From Candidatus Woesearchaeota archaeon (GTDB lineage: Archaea; Nanobdellota; Nanobdellia; SCGC-AAA011-G17; JACPIM01): DNA of 64,000 bases. The stretch covers positions 58,226 to 122,225 of the forward strand of contig JBDRGP010000029.1 in NCBI GenBank assembly GCA_043817645.1, read 5' to 3'. Shown here piece after piece: positions 63,601-64,000 of this stretch. The position numbers and the translations under genes were made by a program. The notes below the pieces were generated by a model. It saw only the letters and a program-made list of their open reading frames with translations. It was not told where the DNA came from and searched no databases. The stretch's first letter is position 1; every line of letters starts with the position of its first letter.

Positions 63601-63977
63601 GTAGTTCTGGAAGTAGCGACAATATATGCGATGGACAAGATGATGGAATATGCGATCCAGATTGTTATTATAGTGCAGATGCTAATTGTGCATTAGATTT
63701 AACTAATCTTACAATAGTATCGCAAAATGGGACAGAATTCATTTTTAGATTCGTTATTAATAACTTTTGGAATAATACTATCTCAAATATAAGTTGGATA
63801 TTAGATCCAGAGATTAATGATATTATGTCAGAATTAACTCTTAATCTTGAGACTAATGAAACAGCTTTTGTCTATGTGGAATATGATTATACTAACACAG
63901 GCAATTATACTGTATTAGCAGCTGTTGAAACTAGTGAATTATCTGATACTGAAACAGTTTCTGTGGAGGTCATATGA
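60606..63977 (+). CDS. Giant secreted protein: N-terminal signal, 8 tandem FG-GAP/VCBS-like beta-propeller repeats, HExxH zincin-like domain (HELGHT...DEY), Cys-rich C-terminal domains
   Basis: 1123 aa. The repeat unit V(F/Y)AID(I/M)DNDNDIDVLSAS..DKIAWYENDGSTPPSWTxRxITTS occurs 8 times with Ca-binding DxDxDxD loops. HELGH is at 62778-62792. Confidence 0.65.
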   Translation: MIKKNILLPIFILLIIISFSAIVISQKTSLQKANSIKNIDDSDMLYKFTHLKGYKSISFDISSSKDFNINKVEKIDTFSDKKVGNIFKLNNLAVETEYKEVDTSFFNTDTRPVKQTYIIKNLLDKSRDIKLNIKYEIDSSTITWNGTEYEITETPKHFEAFYVEDEFFPDNELSPEIAIKSLTGHTLYFGNNYYDFKDVVDLDYKVLIYSKENKNYIGLEIKSDIDSLEEFVIDPEIGWTTRIVDNSAKGARDVFAIDMDNDNDIDVVGASFAGLVNKIAWYENDGNSPPSWTTRNISTIIVWSEPRSVYAIDIDNDNDIDVLTASSQDNRVAWYENDGGSPPSWTTRNITTSVDAAQDVFAIDIDNDNDIDVLSASYYDNKIAWYENDGSTPPSWTTRNITTSANGARSVFAIDMDNDNDIDVLSASGSKVAWYENDGSTPPSWTARTITTSANAPRRVFAIDMDNDNDIDVLSANYDKIAWYENDGSTPPSWTARTITTSVGAARDVFAIDIDNDKDIDVLSASSHDDKIAWYENDGSTPPSWTTRIITTSADAAYSVYAIDIDNDGDVDALSASTTDGKIAWYESRLDPSSIYKYLWVPFGNWNSQQEFENDAKKRADFFLEISPLQSCKSKAQNIYIDIDWVEVNCPYVTSDIPEKKLLQFTEKCAKAYILDTGIGPYEKAISFSKDDFCDSCAGKATLGGKYAYAETEWSGVEHLEIAAHELGHTYFVCDEYKYLGTSGWSNENNELLLKHGFGCPNPWTDTYDEYNETHSNHPCLEDDSGRCIREGKCCGAFNDPISHYDGIYSAAGNDCTDETTYNVVGWGGTERRCGYSTDSYNKLAEFLTCSDNLRSNGNGNITNVSYLGLLFNITNPTQENVTLGDSFVHRGLLPKKLGVNDSLYELKITNANNQTIDSDPLPVFYFELVQYDNATINVSDDKNESFIVSELEYTSNWEMLQVYKNDSLIYEVNISHLLCNENDICDEKENFFSCPQDCSSGSSDNICDGQDDGICDPDCYYSADANCALDLTNLTIVSQNGTEFIFRFVINNFWNNTISNISWILDPEINDIMSELTLNLETNETAFVYVEYDYTNTGNYTVLAAVETSELSDTETVSVEVI
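61340..62345 (+). repeat. Eight ~120-bp tandem coding repeats (beta-propeller blades) inside the 60606..63977 gene
   Basis: The strings gatggaagtactcctcccagttggac and gcaatagatatggataatgataatgacatagatgtg recur at ~120-bp period. Confidence 0.7.
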
Positions 63978-64000
63978 GAATGAAAAAATTATTAATTGCC

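Noticed and set aside
1-64000. CRISPR arrays and rRNA genes
   Set aside because: No regularly spaced 25-40-bp direct repeats and no rRNA-like conserved blocks were seen. The only tandem repeats are protein-coding (61340-62345).

Overview
This is an AT-rich (roughly 30-35% GC by eye) archaeal chromosome segment, most likely from a small-genome, DPANN-like archaeon. It carries archaeal housekeeping genes: uS11, Sec61-beta, NAC-alpha, Kae1, a PriS-like AEP primase, RtcA, HisRS, SMC and ScpA, a DEAD-box helicase, AdoMetDC, TrxB, a GDH-like dehydrogenase, and a P-type ATPase next to a CaCA exchanger. Genes are tightly packed and many overlap by 4 nt (ATGA). Two tRNA genes were found by eye: an initiator tRNA-Met (CAT), and a tRNA-His (GTG) with an encoded G-1 directly upstream of hisS. 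Both appear to carry a short insertion in the D-loop, which would be a non-canonical intron. Accessory content includes an IS6-family transposase plus a CFA-synthase-family methyltransferase bounded by 18-bp direct repeats. It also includes an IS4-like element with a Zn-finger orfA, a free-standing LAGLIDADG endonuclease running into tRNA-His, and several GC-rich, apparently foreign ORFs. One of these, a methyltransferase, is flanked by a duplicated promoter of smc. There is a conspicuous set of secreted, Cys-rich proteins: a 4-gene translationally coupled operon ending in a Kazal-domain lipoprotein; a GH17-like glycosidase with cadherin-like repeats; two mosaic paralogous Cys-rich secreted proteins, one broken by an in-frame TAG; and an 1123-aa 8-repeat FG-GAP/VCBS-like beta-propeller fused to an HExxH zincin-like domain. 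No rRNA gene or CRISPR array was seen. All calls are from reading the six-frame ORF track and the raw sequence; no searches were run.
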